The notes under the pieces: generated by a model
What the model was told of the DNA's origin: nothing
The model's input: the letters and a program-made list of their open reading frames with translations, nothing else
Databases searched by the model: none
In this document: positions 41,300 through 51,706 of the stretch, in pieces
Layout of the letters: every line of letters starts with the position of its first letter
Numbering within the stretch: position 1 is the stretch's first letter
Translations under genes and position numbers: made by a program
Assembly: GCA_041394685.1 (NCBI GenBank)
Contig: JAWKHU010000061.1
Span: forward strand, 4,684-68,683
DNA from: Vicinamibacterales bacterium
Lineage (GTDB): Bacteria > Acidobacteriota > Vicinamibacteria > Vicinamibacterales > UBA2999
DNA length: 64,000 nt
Direction: 5' to 3'

Positions 41300-43198
41300 T
41301 CAATTCGCCAGCCGGCCGACCAAACCCTCGCCCGCCAGCGCGACGAACATGAGGAGCAGTCCGACCTGCCACAACCGCTGTTGCTGCTCGGCTTTGGCTG
41401 CAATGGCCTCAGCCGTGGCAGCCGCCGCGCGTGGCGTGCGCGGCACCGCCGCCGCAAACTCCTCCGCCGACACCGGCGCCGGATTGGACTCCCGCGTGTC
41501 CACGTTGAGGGCCACCCGCCGGCCGGGCGAGCTGCCCGCACCGGAGGCGCCCTCCATCGTAAAGACGCCGGGCGTCGGCTCCAGGCCGGCCGGTGCGGCC
41601 GGCAGCACCCACGACTGCGCATCCCGGCCTCCGTCGGTGAGATACCGGGCCGACTCGACGACGAACGGGACGAACGACGGGCTCAGCGGAAAGCGGTTCC
41701 AGCGATTGTCGAGGTCCGACGCGAACAGCAGGAGCCGTCCGCGCTCGCGCGGCTGCTCCACCAGCGCGGGGGAACCACCCGAGAAGCGGGCGAGCACGCG
41801 CCGGCCCGCCTCGTCGATCGTGCGGTACTGCTGGAAGGACACGTCGCCGAGTGCGGCGGCCGGCTGGGCGAACACGCGCAGGATGGGGTGGCGCGTGTCG
41901 TTCACCACGAGCGTGGCCGGACCGCCGGGCGACTCCTGCGGGTCGGCGCCCACGCGGGCATCGTCGCCGAGGACGTCGTCGAGCGTGCCCGCGTCGACGT
42001 CAGGGCCGAGCGCCAGCAGCACGGCGCCGCCCCCGGAGAGATAGGCCGCCAGGTTCGCGCGGCCCTGCCGGTCGAGCGTGCGCGTGCCCAGGACGAACAC
42101 CGCCTGCTCGCGGGCCATCTCCGCGGACGTCCACGCGGAGAGCGCCCGCCCGTCCACGACCGTCGTGGTGAACGCGCGCCCCTCGCCCGCGACGCCGAGC
42201 GCGCGTTCGACATAGAGACCACCGCGCAGCGTCGTCGGGTCGGAGACGACCACGGCCACCCGCACCGGCTCCGGAGGATCCAGGACCAGGTAGCGCGCGT
42301 CGTCGGCGGGGTATCCGTCGTCGTCCACAACGGAGACGGCCGCGGCTCCCGTGGCTGGCACCTCGACGTCGAAGACCACGCGGCTGGGCGAACGGGCGGC
42401 CAGCGTCACCGTCGACCTCGCCACCTCCCGGCCATCCACCGTCAGCACGGCAGGGACGGTGCGTGCGTCGAAGCCGTAGTTGTACACGCCGGCCTCGACG
42501 CCCGTGCCCCGGCGCTGGGCCGACAGGACCGCGACGTTCCGGAGCGGCGTGTCCACCGACACAACGGACACCTCGATGTCGTCGGGCAGCCCCACGGACG
42601 CCTGCGTGTCCCACCCCGACTGCTGCAGGTCGGTGACCACGACGAGGCGGCCCGGCCGCGGGCCGATCATCTCGGCCGCACGCGCGATCGCCGCCCCGTA
42701 GCGCGTCCCCGACCACCCGGGCGTCAGCGCGCCGATCGCGGCCGCCGCCGCCCCCCTGTCGCTGGTCGGCTCGACGACGGTGCGCGCGCTGTCGTCGAAG
42801 GCCAGCACGCCGACCGCGTGCCCTGCGGGCGCGCCCTGGACCGCCTCCGCGGCCAGCGTGCGCGCACGGGCGAACACGTCGGCCGCCGCTAGGCTGAAGG
42901 AAGTGTCGAGCGCGACGACAGTGACTGGCGCGTCGGCGGCGACGGCGCTGCCCGCCAGGTACGGACGCGCGAACGAGCCTGCCAGCAGCACCAGCGCCGC
43001 CACGCGCAGGGCGAGCAGGATGATCTCGCGCAGTCTCCGGCGGCGGCGGTGCTCGACTGGTGACTTCGACAACAGGTGCACGGCCGGGAACTCCACGACG
43101 AGCTCGGTCCGGCGGCGGAACAGGTGCAACGCGATCGGCACGGCGATCGCCAGCGCCCCCAGGAGATAGAGGGGCGAGAGGAACGACAACCCGCCCAC
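41300..43198 (-). CDS. BatA-domain (N-terminal double TM) VWA protein
   Basis: Intact 632-aa ORF: MGGLSFLSPLYLLGALAIAVPIALHLFRRR, VWA block VVALDTSFS...VVVTDLQQSGW, C-terminal TM LWQVGLLLMFVALAGEGL. Confidence 0.85.
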   Translation of the reverse strand: MGGLSFLSPLYLLGALAIAVPIALHLFRRRTELVVEFPAVHLLSKSPVEHRRRRRLREIILLALRVAALVLLAGSFARPYLAGSAVAADAPVTVVALDTSFSLAAADVFARARTLAAEAVQGAPAGHAVGVLAFDDSARTVVEPTSDRGAAAAAIGALTPGWSGTRYGAAIARAAEMIGPRPGRLVVVTDLQQSGWDTQASVGLPDDIEVSVVSVDTPLRNVAVLSAQRRGTGVEAGVYNYGFDARTVPAVLTVDGREVARSTVTLAARSPSRVVFDVEVPATGAAAVSVVDDDGYPADDARYLVLDPPEPVRVAVVVSDPTTLRGGLYVERALGVAGEGRAFTTTVVDGRALSAWTSAEMAREQAVFVLGTRTLDRQGRANLAAYLSGGGAVLLALGPDVDAGTLDDVLGDDARVGADPQESPGGPATLVVNDTRHPILRVFAQPAAALGDVSFQQYRTIDEAGRRVLARFSGGSPALVEQPRERGRLLLFASDLDNRWNRFPLSPSFVPFVVESARYLTDGGRDAQSWVLPAAPAGLEPTPGVFTMEGASGAGSSPGRRVALNVDTRESNPAPVSAEEFAAAVPRTPRAAAATAEAIAAKAEQQQRLWQVGLLLMFVALAGEGLVGRLAN

Positions 43199-44092
43199 CT
43201 AGAACGCCCTCCGGCGCGTCTGCAGGTACGACAGCAGCCCCACGTCGAGCGGCTCGGACGTCCGCAGCAGGCAGTAGTCGATGCCGTTGCGGCCCAGCAC
43301 GGTGCGGTAGGTGTCGATGAGCTCGGTCATCCGGGCCTGGTACGCCTCGCGGATCGCGCCGGGGACGGCCACCACCTCGTCCTCGGTCTCCATGTCACGA
43401 AACCGGGCCGCCCGCTCGAACGGAAAGTCGATCTCGTGGGGGTCCAGTACCTGGAACACGGCGACGTCGGTGCCTCGGTACCGGAAGTGCTTGAGGCCTT
43501 CGATGATGCGCTCCGGCGCGTCGAGCATGTCGGAGATGAGCACGACGAGCCCGCGCTTGCGGATGGCCTGCACAAGATCGCCGAGCGGCTTGGCCACGTC
43601 CGTCTTCGTGCCGAGGGTCAGCCGCTCCAGCGTGACCAGGACGGCCTTGAGGTGGCCGGGCCGCGCGCTCGTCGGCAGCATCTCGCGGATCCGATCGTCG
43701 AAGGTGAGCAGCCCCACCGCGTCCCGCTGCCGGTTCATCAGGTACGCCAGCGCACCCGCCAGGTAGGAGGCGTACTCCAGCTTGGTGATGGTACCGGAGC
43801 CATAGCCCATGGACCGCGAGATGTCGAGGAGGATGTGGCAATCGAGGTTCGTTTCCTCCTCGAACTTCTTCACCACGTGCCGATCGGACCGCGCGAAGAT
43901 CTTCCAGTCCAGCGTGGCCAGGTCGTCGCCAGGCAGGTACTGCCGGTACTCCGCGAACTCCACGCTGAAGCCCTTGAAGGGGCTGCGGTGCAGGCCGGTG
44001 AGAAAACCCTCGACGATCGTCCGGGCCTTCAGGTCGATCGTGCCCAGGCGGGCGACGATGGCCGGGTCGAGATACCGCGGCTGTCCGGGCAT
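43199..44092 (-). CDS. DUF58 domain-containing protein
   Basis: Intact 297-aa ORF: FKGFSVEFAEYRQYLPGDD, HILLDISRSMGYG, LVVLISDM, VFQVLDPHE. Confidence 0.9.
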   Translation of the reverse strand: MPGQPRYLDPAIVARLGTIDLKARTIVEGFLTGLHRSPFKGFSVEFAEYRQYLPGDDLATLDWKIFARSDRHVVKKFEEETNLDCHILLDISRSMGYGSGTITKLEYASYLAGALAYLMNRQRDAVGLLTFDDRIREMLPTSARPGHLKAVLVTLERLTLGTKTDVAKPLGDLVQAIRKRGLVVLISDMLDAPERIIEGLKHFRYRGTDVAVFQVLDPHEIDFPFERAARFRDMETEDEVVAVPGAIREAYQARMTELIDTYRTVLGRNGIDYCLLRTSEPLDVGLLSYLQTRRRAF

Positions 44093-44096
44093 CGGT

Positions 44097-45107
44097 TCAC
44101 AGCCCGCTCGCCGGCAGCGGCACGGTCTCGACCAGCTGGTCGATGATCCGCTCCGGCGTCACGCCCTCGGCCTCGGCGTAGAAGTTGGGAATGATGCGAT
44201 GGCGGAGGATGGGCCGCGCCAGCGCCTGGATGTCCTTCACCGATACGTGATGGCGGCCGTGCATCAGCGCACGCGCCTTCGCCCCGAGCACGAGCGCGTG
44301 CGAGGCGCGCAGGCCGGCCCCCCACTTCACCCACTTCTGGACGAACTCGAGGCGCGCGCCTCGGCCCGGCCGCGAGTTGTCGGCGAGCCGCACCGCGTAG
44401 CGCGCCACCTCGTCGGCGATGAGCACCTGCCGCACGTAGCCCTGGATCCGCAGGATGTCGGCACCGTCCAGCACGCGCGACGGCGCGGGCCGCTCCGCCC
44501 CGGTCGTGTCGGTCACCACCCGCACCTCGTCGTCCTCCGACAGGTAGGTCATGACGACGTTGAACAGGAAGCGATCCAGCTGCGCTTCGGGCAGCGGATA
44601 GGTGCCTTCGAGCTCGATCGGGTTCTGCGTGGCGAGGACGAAGAAGGGCCGCTCCAGCTCGTCCGTCCGGCCGGCTGCCGTGACGTGATACTCCTGCATC
44701 GCTTCGAGCAGCGCCGCCTGCGTCTTCGGCGGCGTCCGGTTGATCTCGTCGGCCAGGATGATCTGCGCGAAGATCGGTCCGTGCACGAAGCGGAGGGTGC
44801 GGTGGCCCGCTTCCTCGTCGAGGACCTCGGTCCCGGTGATGTCGGCCGGCATGAGGTCGGGCGTGAACTGGATGCGCTTGAAGCTGAGGTGCAGGATCTG
44901 CGCGAGCGTCTTCACCAGCAGCGTCTTGGCCAGGCCAGGCACGCCCGTGATGAGGCAGTGGCCGCCGCAGAAGAGCGCCATCAGCACCTCGTCAACGACC
45001 TCGTCCTGCCCGACGATCACCTTCCGCAGCTCGCTCAGGATCTGCGTGCGTCCCGCGGCCACCTGTTCGGCCAGGCTCGCGGTCTCGGTCTCCAGGGCTC
45101 GCTCCAT
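44097..45107 (-). CDS. MoxR-family AAA+ ATPase
   Basis: Intact 336-aa ORF: IVGQDEVVDEVLMALFCGGHCLITGVPGLAKT (Walker A), ILADEINRTPPKTQAALLEAMQE (Walker B/sensor), ATQNPIELEGTYPLPEAQLDRF. Confidence 0.93.
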   Translation of the reverse strand: MERALETETASLAEQVAAGRTQILSELRKVIVGQDEVVDEVLMALFCGGHCLITGVPGLAKTLLVKTLAQILHLSFKRIQFTPDLMPADITGTEVLDEEAGHRTLRFVHGPIFAQIILADEINRTPPKTQAALLEAMQEYHVTAAGRTDELERPFFVLATQNPIELEGTYPLPEAQLDRFLFNVVMTYLSEDDEVRVVTDTTGAERPAPSRVLDGADILRIQGYVRQVLIADEVARYAVRLADNSRPGRGARLEFVQKWVKWGAGLRASHALVLGAKARALMHGRHHVSVKDIQALARPILRHRIIPNFYAEAEGVTPERIIDQLVETVPLPASGL

Positions 45108-45150
45108 CCGCTTCTCCCGCCTCTCGATGCGTTCCGGGTCGACTGCCCCG

Positions 45151-45962
45151 TCAGTGCGTCAGGGTGTAGACGACCTCGTTGATCCACATCTGGTAGGCCT
45201 GTGCCGTCCACCGGATGTAGCCCGGATACTCTTCCGCGTTCGACCACTCTACCCCGTCGCCCATGTCGGTGTTCCAGTTCATGAGCACCATCGGCCGCCC
45301 GGCGTCGTCGAGGATGGCGCGCAGGTGCGGCTGGAAGCCGCCCTTCTCCCGGTGCGCCCCGAGAAGAAGGAGCCCAGGCCCGGAATCTGCAGGTGCTTCT
45401 CGATGCGATAGAAGCACGAGAAGATCGGGTGCGGGGGCTCGAGCTCCACCACTTCCCCGCTCGGGAAACACCCGTGCGAGCTGGCGGACCGTGAGGTCCC
45501 ACTCATGCGGGCCGTGGAAGTCGTCCATCGTCAGCGTGCCGCCCCCAGCAGGAACTCACGCAGGATGGGCACTTCGGCCTCCTGCAGCTGCAGGTTGCTC
45601 GGCTCGACCATGTAGATCCAGGGGTACTGCCAGAGCCGCTCGTCGTCGAGCGTGAGGACCACGGGATCGCCGACCTCGACGGCGGTCACCGCCTTGATGC
45701 GCCGGGAGAGGTTCTGCTCGGCGGCGGGCGCGTCGATGGCCCACGGCTCCTCCCAGTAGCTCATGCGGGGGCGCCCACGCCCCTCCTCGGCCCACGAGCT
45801 GTAGCGGATCCGCACGAAGGTCCATTGCAGGCCGGCCAGGCGGTCGCCCGGCAGGGCGGGCACCTGTGCGCTCGGGAACGAACCGGCGGCCAGGAGCGCC
45901 GCCAGCGCACCGCACAGACCCACGACGAGGCGTCCCGGGCCTCGCGGGGAGGCCGGCGGCAC
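45151..45962 (-). pseudogene. DUF4159 domain-containing protein (2-3 frame changes as assembled)
   Basis: ORF 45531..45962 holds the signal peptide, then WTFVRIRYSS...YPWIYMVEPSNLQLQEAEVPILREFLL. Then MDDFHGPHEW, PSGEVVELEPPHPIFSCFYRI, and NWNTDMGDGVEWSNAEEYPGY...VVYTLTH*. Confidence 0.75.
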
Positions 45963-48455
45963 CTACCGTCCTCCAATCAGCTTCAGCAGCAGGTCCTGGG
46001 CGCGCGAATAGGTGGGCGCGATCTCGAGGGCGGCCAGCGCCTCCCGGCGGGCCTCGTCGCGATCGCCGGCTTCGAAGAGCCCTTCGGCCAGGTCGGCGTG
46101 CGCACCGGCCTTGTCCACGGGGCCCGCCGCCAGCGCGACGCGGAACATGCGAACCGCCTCGGCGGGCGCATTCTCGGCCAGCGCGAGGCGCCCGAGGGTG
46201 GTGTGCGACGCGGAATCGAACGGATCGACGGCCACGGCACGCGTCAGCGCGGTCTTCAGCAGCGCCGGATTGCGCTCCGCATCGACCAGTGACGCGAGCT
46301 TGCGGGCCGACGCCAGGTCCGAGTGATCGAAGCCGGTCAGCGTGTCGAGCGCCTCGACGGCGCGGGCGGTGTCGCCCTTCGCCAGCGCGACGTCGGCAAT
46401 CTGCGCATACGGGCTCTCGGGCCCGGTCGCGTGCGGCACCAGCGTCGCCGCCCGCTCGAACACCTCGATGGCGCGATCGGGCGCCGTGGCCTTGAGCGAC
46501 ATGCCGAACGCCATCTGCGCCGGGAAGCTGCCGGGATTGTCCGTGGCCAGCGTCCGGAGTGCATCCGGGCTGGCGTCCGGCGCGAGCCCTTCCGGGGCGG
46601 CCAGCGCCGCCCGCAGCGCCCCGTAGCGCTGCTCGAGGAACCGGTCGAAGCTCACCTGGAGGGCGTCGATGTCCTCGCCCAGCACCTGCGAGATGGCGGT
46701 CTCGGTATCGATGCCCGTCGCGTAGGACTGCACCAGGGCGCGGAGCTTGGGCTGGCCGAACTCCTCGACGATGTGCTCGACCACGAGCGACGACTGGAAA
46801 TGCGAACGAGATGCGCCGCGGGTCGGTGAAGCCGCTGTTGAGGTCCTTCAGCTTCAGCACGCCGCCCTGATCCATGCTGCGTGCGAAGGGGATGTCCATC
46901 TCACGTCCCCATTCGGGACGGGCGCGCTTCTCCTCGAACACCGAGATGCCCTCGGTCAGCCAGCGCGGCACGCGCTGGTCGGAAAGCTGCAGGGTGATGA
47001 CGTGGGCGAGCTCGTGCCACAACGTCACGCCCCAGTTGAACTCGCCCGGCGGCCGGGCACGCGGAGAATCCAGCGTGACCACGCGGCCGAAGCAGGCGCC
47101 AAGCGCACCGATCATGCCGGGCAGGCCGACGTTGCGCACCGCGAAATCGTCGTGCCGCGGGAACATCTCGATGAGAATCGGGCCCTTCGGCGTGAACTCC
47201 CAGCGCTCGCTCAACCGGGCCAGCGCCTCGCGCGCCAGCGGCGGCGCGTGCTGCGACATGACGGCTGCTTCGTCCGGGTGGAAGCGCAGGATCATGTCTC
47301 CTTCCTTCAGCGCGCCGAACTGGTCCAGCGTGTCGAGCAGGCCGAGGAGGTTGTAGGTGATGACGTCGTACGGGTCCTGGCGGAAGGCCGTTTCCAGCAT
47401 GCGGCGCGCCGCGCGCTCGTCGCCCGTCCGCATCAGGTGCGCGCCGAGCTCGCGTAGGCGCGCCAGTTGTCCCGATCGAGCTGGATGGCCCGCCGCGTCT
47501 GCTCCGCGGCCTCGTCGAACCGGTAGTAGCCGGCCGTCACCGATCCGACCACGCGATACAGCTCGCCGTAGGTGGGATTGATCGCGAGCGCTTCCGCCGC
47601 CAGCGCCTGGTACTCCGTATCCCCGACAACGTAGGCCAGGGCCGCCTGCAGGGCAATCGCCTCGAGCCGCCGCGGATTGACCTCGCGCACCTTGGCAAGC
47701 AGATCGCGCGCCTCGTCCTTGCGGTCCTGCCCGATCGCGCGCTCGGCCATGAAGAGCTGCGCGTCGAGATTGCGGGGATTGATCGTGAGCGCACGCGCGG
47801 CGAACTTCGTCGCCTCAGGCGGGTTGTCGTCCTCGAGCGTGCGAGCCATCCCGACGAGCGCGGGTCCGTAGTCCTCGTCGGCCTTCAGCGCGTCCTGGAA
47901 CGAACGCAGCGCGTCCTTGCGGTTGTACTTCTCGAGGAACAGCTCGCCCCAGGCGGTGTTGATCTCGACATCGTCTGGAGCCAGGGCAACGGCGTCCCGG
48001 AAGTACCCGTTGGCGTCCTCGAAGCGCCCCATGGCCCGCGCCGCCCGCCCCGCGCGCAACAGCTCACGCGCCGAGTCGGCGTCCTGCGCCGCCAGGAGCA
48101 TCATCTGCAGGGAGCGGCGGGCCTCCGACTGCCGTCCGAGGTAGGTCTGCAGCAGGCCGAGCTCGAGACCGGCATCGCCGGCCGGGTTCTGCGAGGCCAG
48201 CGGGGCCAGCAACGCCTCGGCGCCGGCGTAGTCGCCGCGCACGATGAGGCTGCGCGCGCGCAGGATGGTGATGGAGGGGTTGTCGGAGCCGGCGGCGAGC
48301 GTGTCGAGGGTATCGAACTCGCCCGTCCGCCAGGCCTGTTCAGCGGCTGCCTGCGGGCTGGCCGCACCGCCGCTCTGGGCTCGGACGAGCACCAGGCCGA
48401 GTCCGGCCGTGAGAGCGAAGCAAGCGAGGACGAGGCCCCAGGTACGGCGTGTCAT
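45963..48455 (-). pseudogene. TPR-repeat protein with central HExxH (peptidase-MA-like) domain, secreted (2 frame changes near 47440 and 46790)
   Basis: MTRRTWGLVLACFALTAGLGLVLVRAQS is followed by TPRs (ORF 47433..49238). GVTLWHELAHVITLQ...WLTEGISVFEE lies in ORF 45556..47433. C-terminal TPRs lie in ORF 45963..46784. Confidence 0.75.
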
Positions 48456-48491
48456 GGCCCTTGCCGCAGTATAGCTGAGGAATCTGACGAC

Positions 48492-48514
48492 GGCGCCGGC
48501 GCAACGCCGGCGTC
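48492..48514 (-). terminator. GC-rich hairpin between the ankyrin gene and the TPR-protease gene (no U-tract)
   Basis: GGCGCCGGCG-caa-CGCCGGCGTC: a 10-bp stem including one G-T pair, with a 3-nt loop. Confidence 0.3.
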
Positions 48515-48517
48515 CGG

Positions 48518-50248
48518 TCAGCACGAGACGCACTTGTGGTTGTTCTTGGCGCCCAGGCTCTCGAGGAGCTTGATGGTCTCGGGATACGGCTGAGTCCGCT
48601 GGACCGGCCCGTTGGCCATGTCCACGGTCGTCAGGCCGCGGCGGTTGACGCGCGTCACGTCTGCGCCCTGTGAGACGAGATAGAGAATCATCTCGTTGTC
48701 GCCGCGGGACGCCGCGTGGTGCACGGCCGTGTTGCCATCGTCGTCCACCGCGTTGACGTCGACGCCGACCTCTTCGATGAGGAACTTGACGGCCGCCAGC
48801 ATCCCGGTCGGCGCGAAGCGGTGGGCGTTGCCGGCGAACCCTTCGCCGTAGCCGACGCCCGCGGCGGCGTGCAGCGCCGCAATGCCCGGCGCCCCCGCCG
48901 GAATCGGCGCCAGGCCGGACGGGTCGCCCGCCTGGGTGCCCTCGCCACGGCGCTGCTGCCCGGCGGCCTTGATCGTGGTGATGTTCGGGTCGGCGCCGTA
49001 CGAGAGCAGGAGCTTCATGGCGTCGATGTCCGACGCGTAGGCGGCCCGCCAGAAGGCGGTGGCGCCCGCTTCGTCGGTGCGCAGCAGGTCGAAGTTGTAC
49101 TGCGAGTACCAGAGCTTCCGGTTGAGGCGCGCGTTCGCGTCGGCGCCCTTGTCGAGCAGGGCCTTCATCAGCTGCAGGTAGGTGGTGCGCTGCTGCAGCT
49201 GGGCGCGCGGCTGCGGATAGAACGAGCGCGGCGCCCATTCGAGGTTGATCGTGGCGTAGAGCGGCGTCGCGCCGGCGTCACTCTGGGCGTTGGGATTGGC
49301 TCCATGGTCGAGCATGTACATCGCCAGGTCGAAGTGCCCGTTGAGCACGGCGATGAGCAGCGGGGTCGTGTGGTCGCCGGCCGCGGCCTGGTTGATGTTC
49401 GCGCCGCCGTTGACGAGGGCCTCGACCGAGTCGATGCTGCCCTGGCGTGCGGCGTAGTGGAGGGCCGTGAGGCCGCCCTGCCGGCCGATCAGCTCGTTGT
49501 ACTTGAAGTTGCGCGTGACGCCGGCGATGTCGTTCTCGGGCTTGGCGGGCGCGGGCATCGGCCGGCCGGTGGCCTGCGCGCTGGCGCGCTGCGTCTCGAG
49601 GCGGATTTGCTCCTGCAGCTCTTCCTCGGGCGAGGTCAGCTCGGCCACATCCACCACGGTGGACGTCTTGTTGACGTCGGCGCCGATCTCGACGAGCAGC
49701 TTGACCACCTCCGGACGCTTGAAGGCGGCCGCGAACATCAGGGCCGTCTGCTCGTTGGCCTTCTCGGCGGCATTGAGGTTGGCCTCGTGGGCGACGAGCT
49801 GCTTGACGGCATCCACGTGGCCCGATGCCGCGGCGAGCATGAGCGGCGTGGCGCCCGTGACGGTCGCGTTGTTGACGTCGGCCCCGCCCTTGACGAGCGC
49901 GTCGATCACGTCGGCGTAGCCGCGCTGGCTCGCCAGGTGGAGCGCCGTGTAGCCGCCGAGCCGTGTCGTGGAGCGGACGTTGGCACCGGCGTACGCCAGC
50001 ACCTCGGTCATGGCCGCGTTGCCGTTGAGCGCCGCCTGGTGCAGCGCCGTCGTGCCGTCGCCGAGCGCGGCATTCACGTCGGCGCCGTCACGCAGCAGCT
50101 GGCGCACGCGGTCCAGGTCGCCGCCGGCCGCAGCCTGCGCCACGCTCGTGGCATCCTGGGCCGCCATCGGCGTCACGGGCGCCAGCACGGCCAGCGCCAG
50201 GGCCGCCGCCGCGATTCCCGCCCAACCAACCGTCGCTCGTGCGCGCAT
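48518..50248 (-). CDS. Secreted ankyrin-repeat protein
   Basis: Intact 576-aa ORF with a signal peptide. Repeated G-TALH-AA--G / DVN units run throughout. The C-terminus is ...NNHKCVSC. Confidence 0.85.
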   Translation of the reverse strand: MRARATVGWAGIAAAALALAVLAPVTPMAAQDATSVAQAAAGGDLDRVRQLLRDGADVNAALGDGTTALHQAALNGNAAMTEVLAYAGANVRSTTRLGGYTALHLASQRGYADVIDALVKGGADVNNATVTGATPLMLAAASGHVDAVKQLVAHEANLNAAEKANEQTALMFAAAFKRPEVVKLLVEIGADVNKTSTVVDVAELTSPEEELQEQIRLETQRASAQATGRPMPAPAKPENDIAGVTRNFKYNELIGRQGGLTALHYAARQGSIDSVEALVNGGANINQAAAGDHTTPLLIAVLNGHFDLAMYMLDHGANPNAQSDAGATPLYATINLEWAPRSFYPQPRAQLQQRTTYLQLMKALLDKGADANARLNRKLWYSQYNFDLLRTDEAGATAFWRAAYASDIDAMKLLLSYGADPNITTIKAAGQQRRGEGTQAGDPSGLAPIPAGAPGIAALHAAAGVGYGEGFAGNAHRFAPTGMLAAVKFLIEEVGVDVNAVDDDGNTAVHHAASRGDNEMILYLVSQGADVTRVNRRGLTTVDMANGPVQRTQPYPETIKLLESLGAKNNHKCVSC

Positions 50249-50251
50249 CGC

Positions 50252-51661
50252 CTACTCCCCCGCCACCGTGGTGGCCGTGTCGGCGGCGTTCAGGTCCATC
50301 GCCGCGCTGCTGTCGCCGAAGCTCGGGACGTCGACGCCCAGCGTGTGCAGCACACTCAGCATCGGGTTGGCCATCGGCGTGCCGTCGGCCGTGCGGATGT
50401 GGACGTGGCCCTTGATCGCGCCCCCGCCGTGCCCCAGCAGGATGAGGGGGCAGCGCTTGTGGTTGTGCACGTTCGAGTTGCCCATCGGCGACCCATACAT
50501 GATGACCGTGTTGTCGAGCACGCTCTGCTCGCCTTCGCGCGCCGCCTTCAGCTTGTCGAGGAAGTAGGGCAGCAGGCTCACGTGATACGTGTTGATCTTG
50601 CCGAAGTCGACGATGCGGTCGTCGCGGTCGCCGTGGTGCGACGCGATGTGGAACCCGGTCGTCACGCCCGTTTCCGGCCAGACGCGGTTGGACACGTCGC
50701 GGCTCATCTTGAACGCGAAGGTGCGCGTGAGGTCGGTCGTGAAGGCGACGGCCTGCAGGTCGAACATCAGCTTGACGTGCTCGCCGTAGTCGTCGGGCAC
50801 GCCCGCCGGCGCGCCCGGCAGCTCGCGCGGCTCGCCGCTCGCGTTGAACTCCTCGACCTTCTGGATGCGCTGCTCGATCTCCCGCACGTCGTCGAGGTAG
50901 TCGGTGAGCCGGGCGCGATCCGCGGCGCCGAGCGACGCCTTCAGGTCGTTGGCCGACTCGGTGATCCAGTCCAGGATGCTGCGATCCTTCTTGCGGCGGC
51001 GGGCGCGCGCCTCGGGCGTCGCGCCGATGCCGAAGAGCTGGTCGAACACGGCACGCGGATCCCGGATCATCGGGAGCGGCTCGGTCGGCGACCCCCAGCT
51101 GATCGAGTCGGTGTAGGCGCACGAATAGCCGTAGAAGCAGCCGCCCGCCTGGTCCACGCTCTCGATACAGAGCTGCATCGACGGGATGGGCGTCTCGTGG
51201 CCGACCTGCTGCGCGTAGATCTGGTCGATCGAGGTGCCGGCCTTGACGTCGGAGCCCTGGGTCTGGTGCGGGTGCGACTGCGTCAGGAACACGGCCGCCG
51301 ACCGGAAGTGGTCGCCGCCGATCTCGGGCGGCGCGAAGGCCTCGGCGTTGCGGACGTCGGTGCGGCTGATGATCGTGAGGTGGTCCTTGTAGTCCTCGAG
51401 GGGCGCCAGGCTCGACTTGGTGATGTCGAACTCGCGTCCGGCCTGGGCGGGGGCCCACAGGAAGTTCTTCTCACCGTAGGCCGTGCTGCCGGCGGCGCCG
51501 TGCACCATCTCGATGGCCACGAAGCGCCGCTTCTGCGCCAGCTGGCGTGCTTCGGCGATGCGCACGGGAACCATCGCGTCCAGGAGCGGGAGCGCCACGC
51601 TCACGCCAAGCCCCTTCAGCACCGTGCGTCGGTCGAGATGTCGCTGGGTCAGAAACGCCAT
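50252..51661 (-). CDS. DUF1552 domain-containing protein (Tat-type signal)
   Basis: Intact 469-aa ORF: MAFLTQRHLDRRTVLKGLGVSVALPLLDAM. Sulfatase-fold-like body ...GSPMGNSNVHNHKRCPLILLGHG. Confidence 0.85.
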   Translation of the reverse strand: MAFLTQRHLDRRTVLKGLGVSVALPLLDAMVPVRIAEARQLAQKRRFVAIEMVHGAAGSTAYGEKNFLWAPAQAGREFDITKSSLAPLEDYKDHLTIISRTDVRNAEAFAPPEIGGDHFRSAAVFLTQSHPHQTQGSDVKAGTSIDQIYAQQVGHETPIPSMQLCIESVDQAGGCFYGYSCAYTDSISWGSPTEPLPMIRDPRAVFDQLFGIGATPEARARRRKKDRSILDWITESANDLKASLGAADRARLTDYLDDVREIEQRIQKVEEFNASGEPRELPGAPAGVPDDYGEHVKLMFDLQAVAFTTDLTRTFAFKMSRDVSNRVWPETGVTTGFHIASHHGDRDDRIVDFGKINTYHVSLLPYFLDKLKAAREGEQSVLDNTVIMYGSPMGNSNVHNHKRCPLILLGHGGGAIKGHVHIRTADGTPMANPMLSVLHTLGVDVPSFGDSSAAMDLNAADTATTVAGE

Positions 51662-51706
51662 GTCGCTTGTTCTCCTCGGTCGCTGCAGTTCATCGGTCGG
51701 AGGCCG

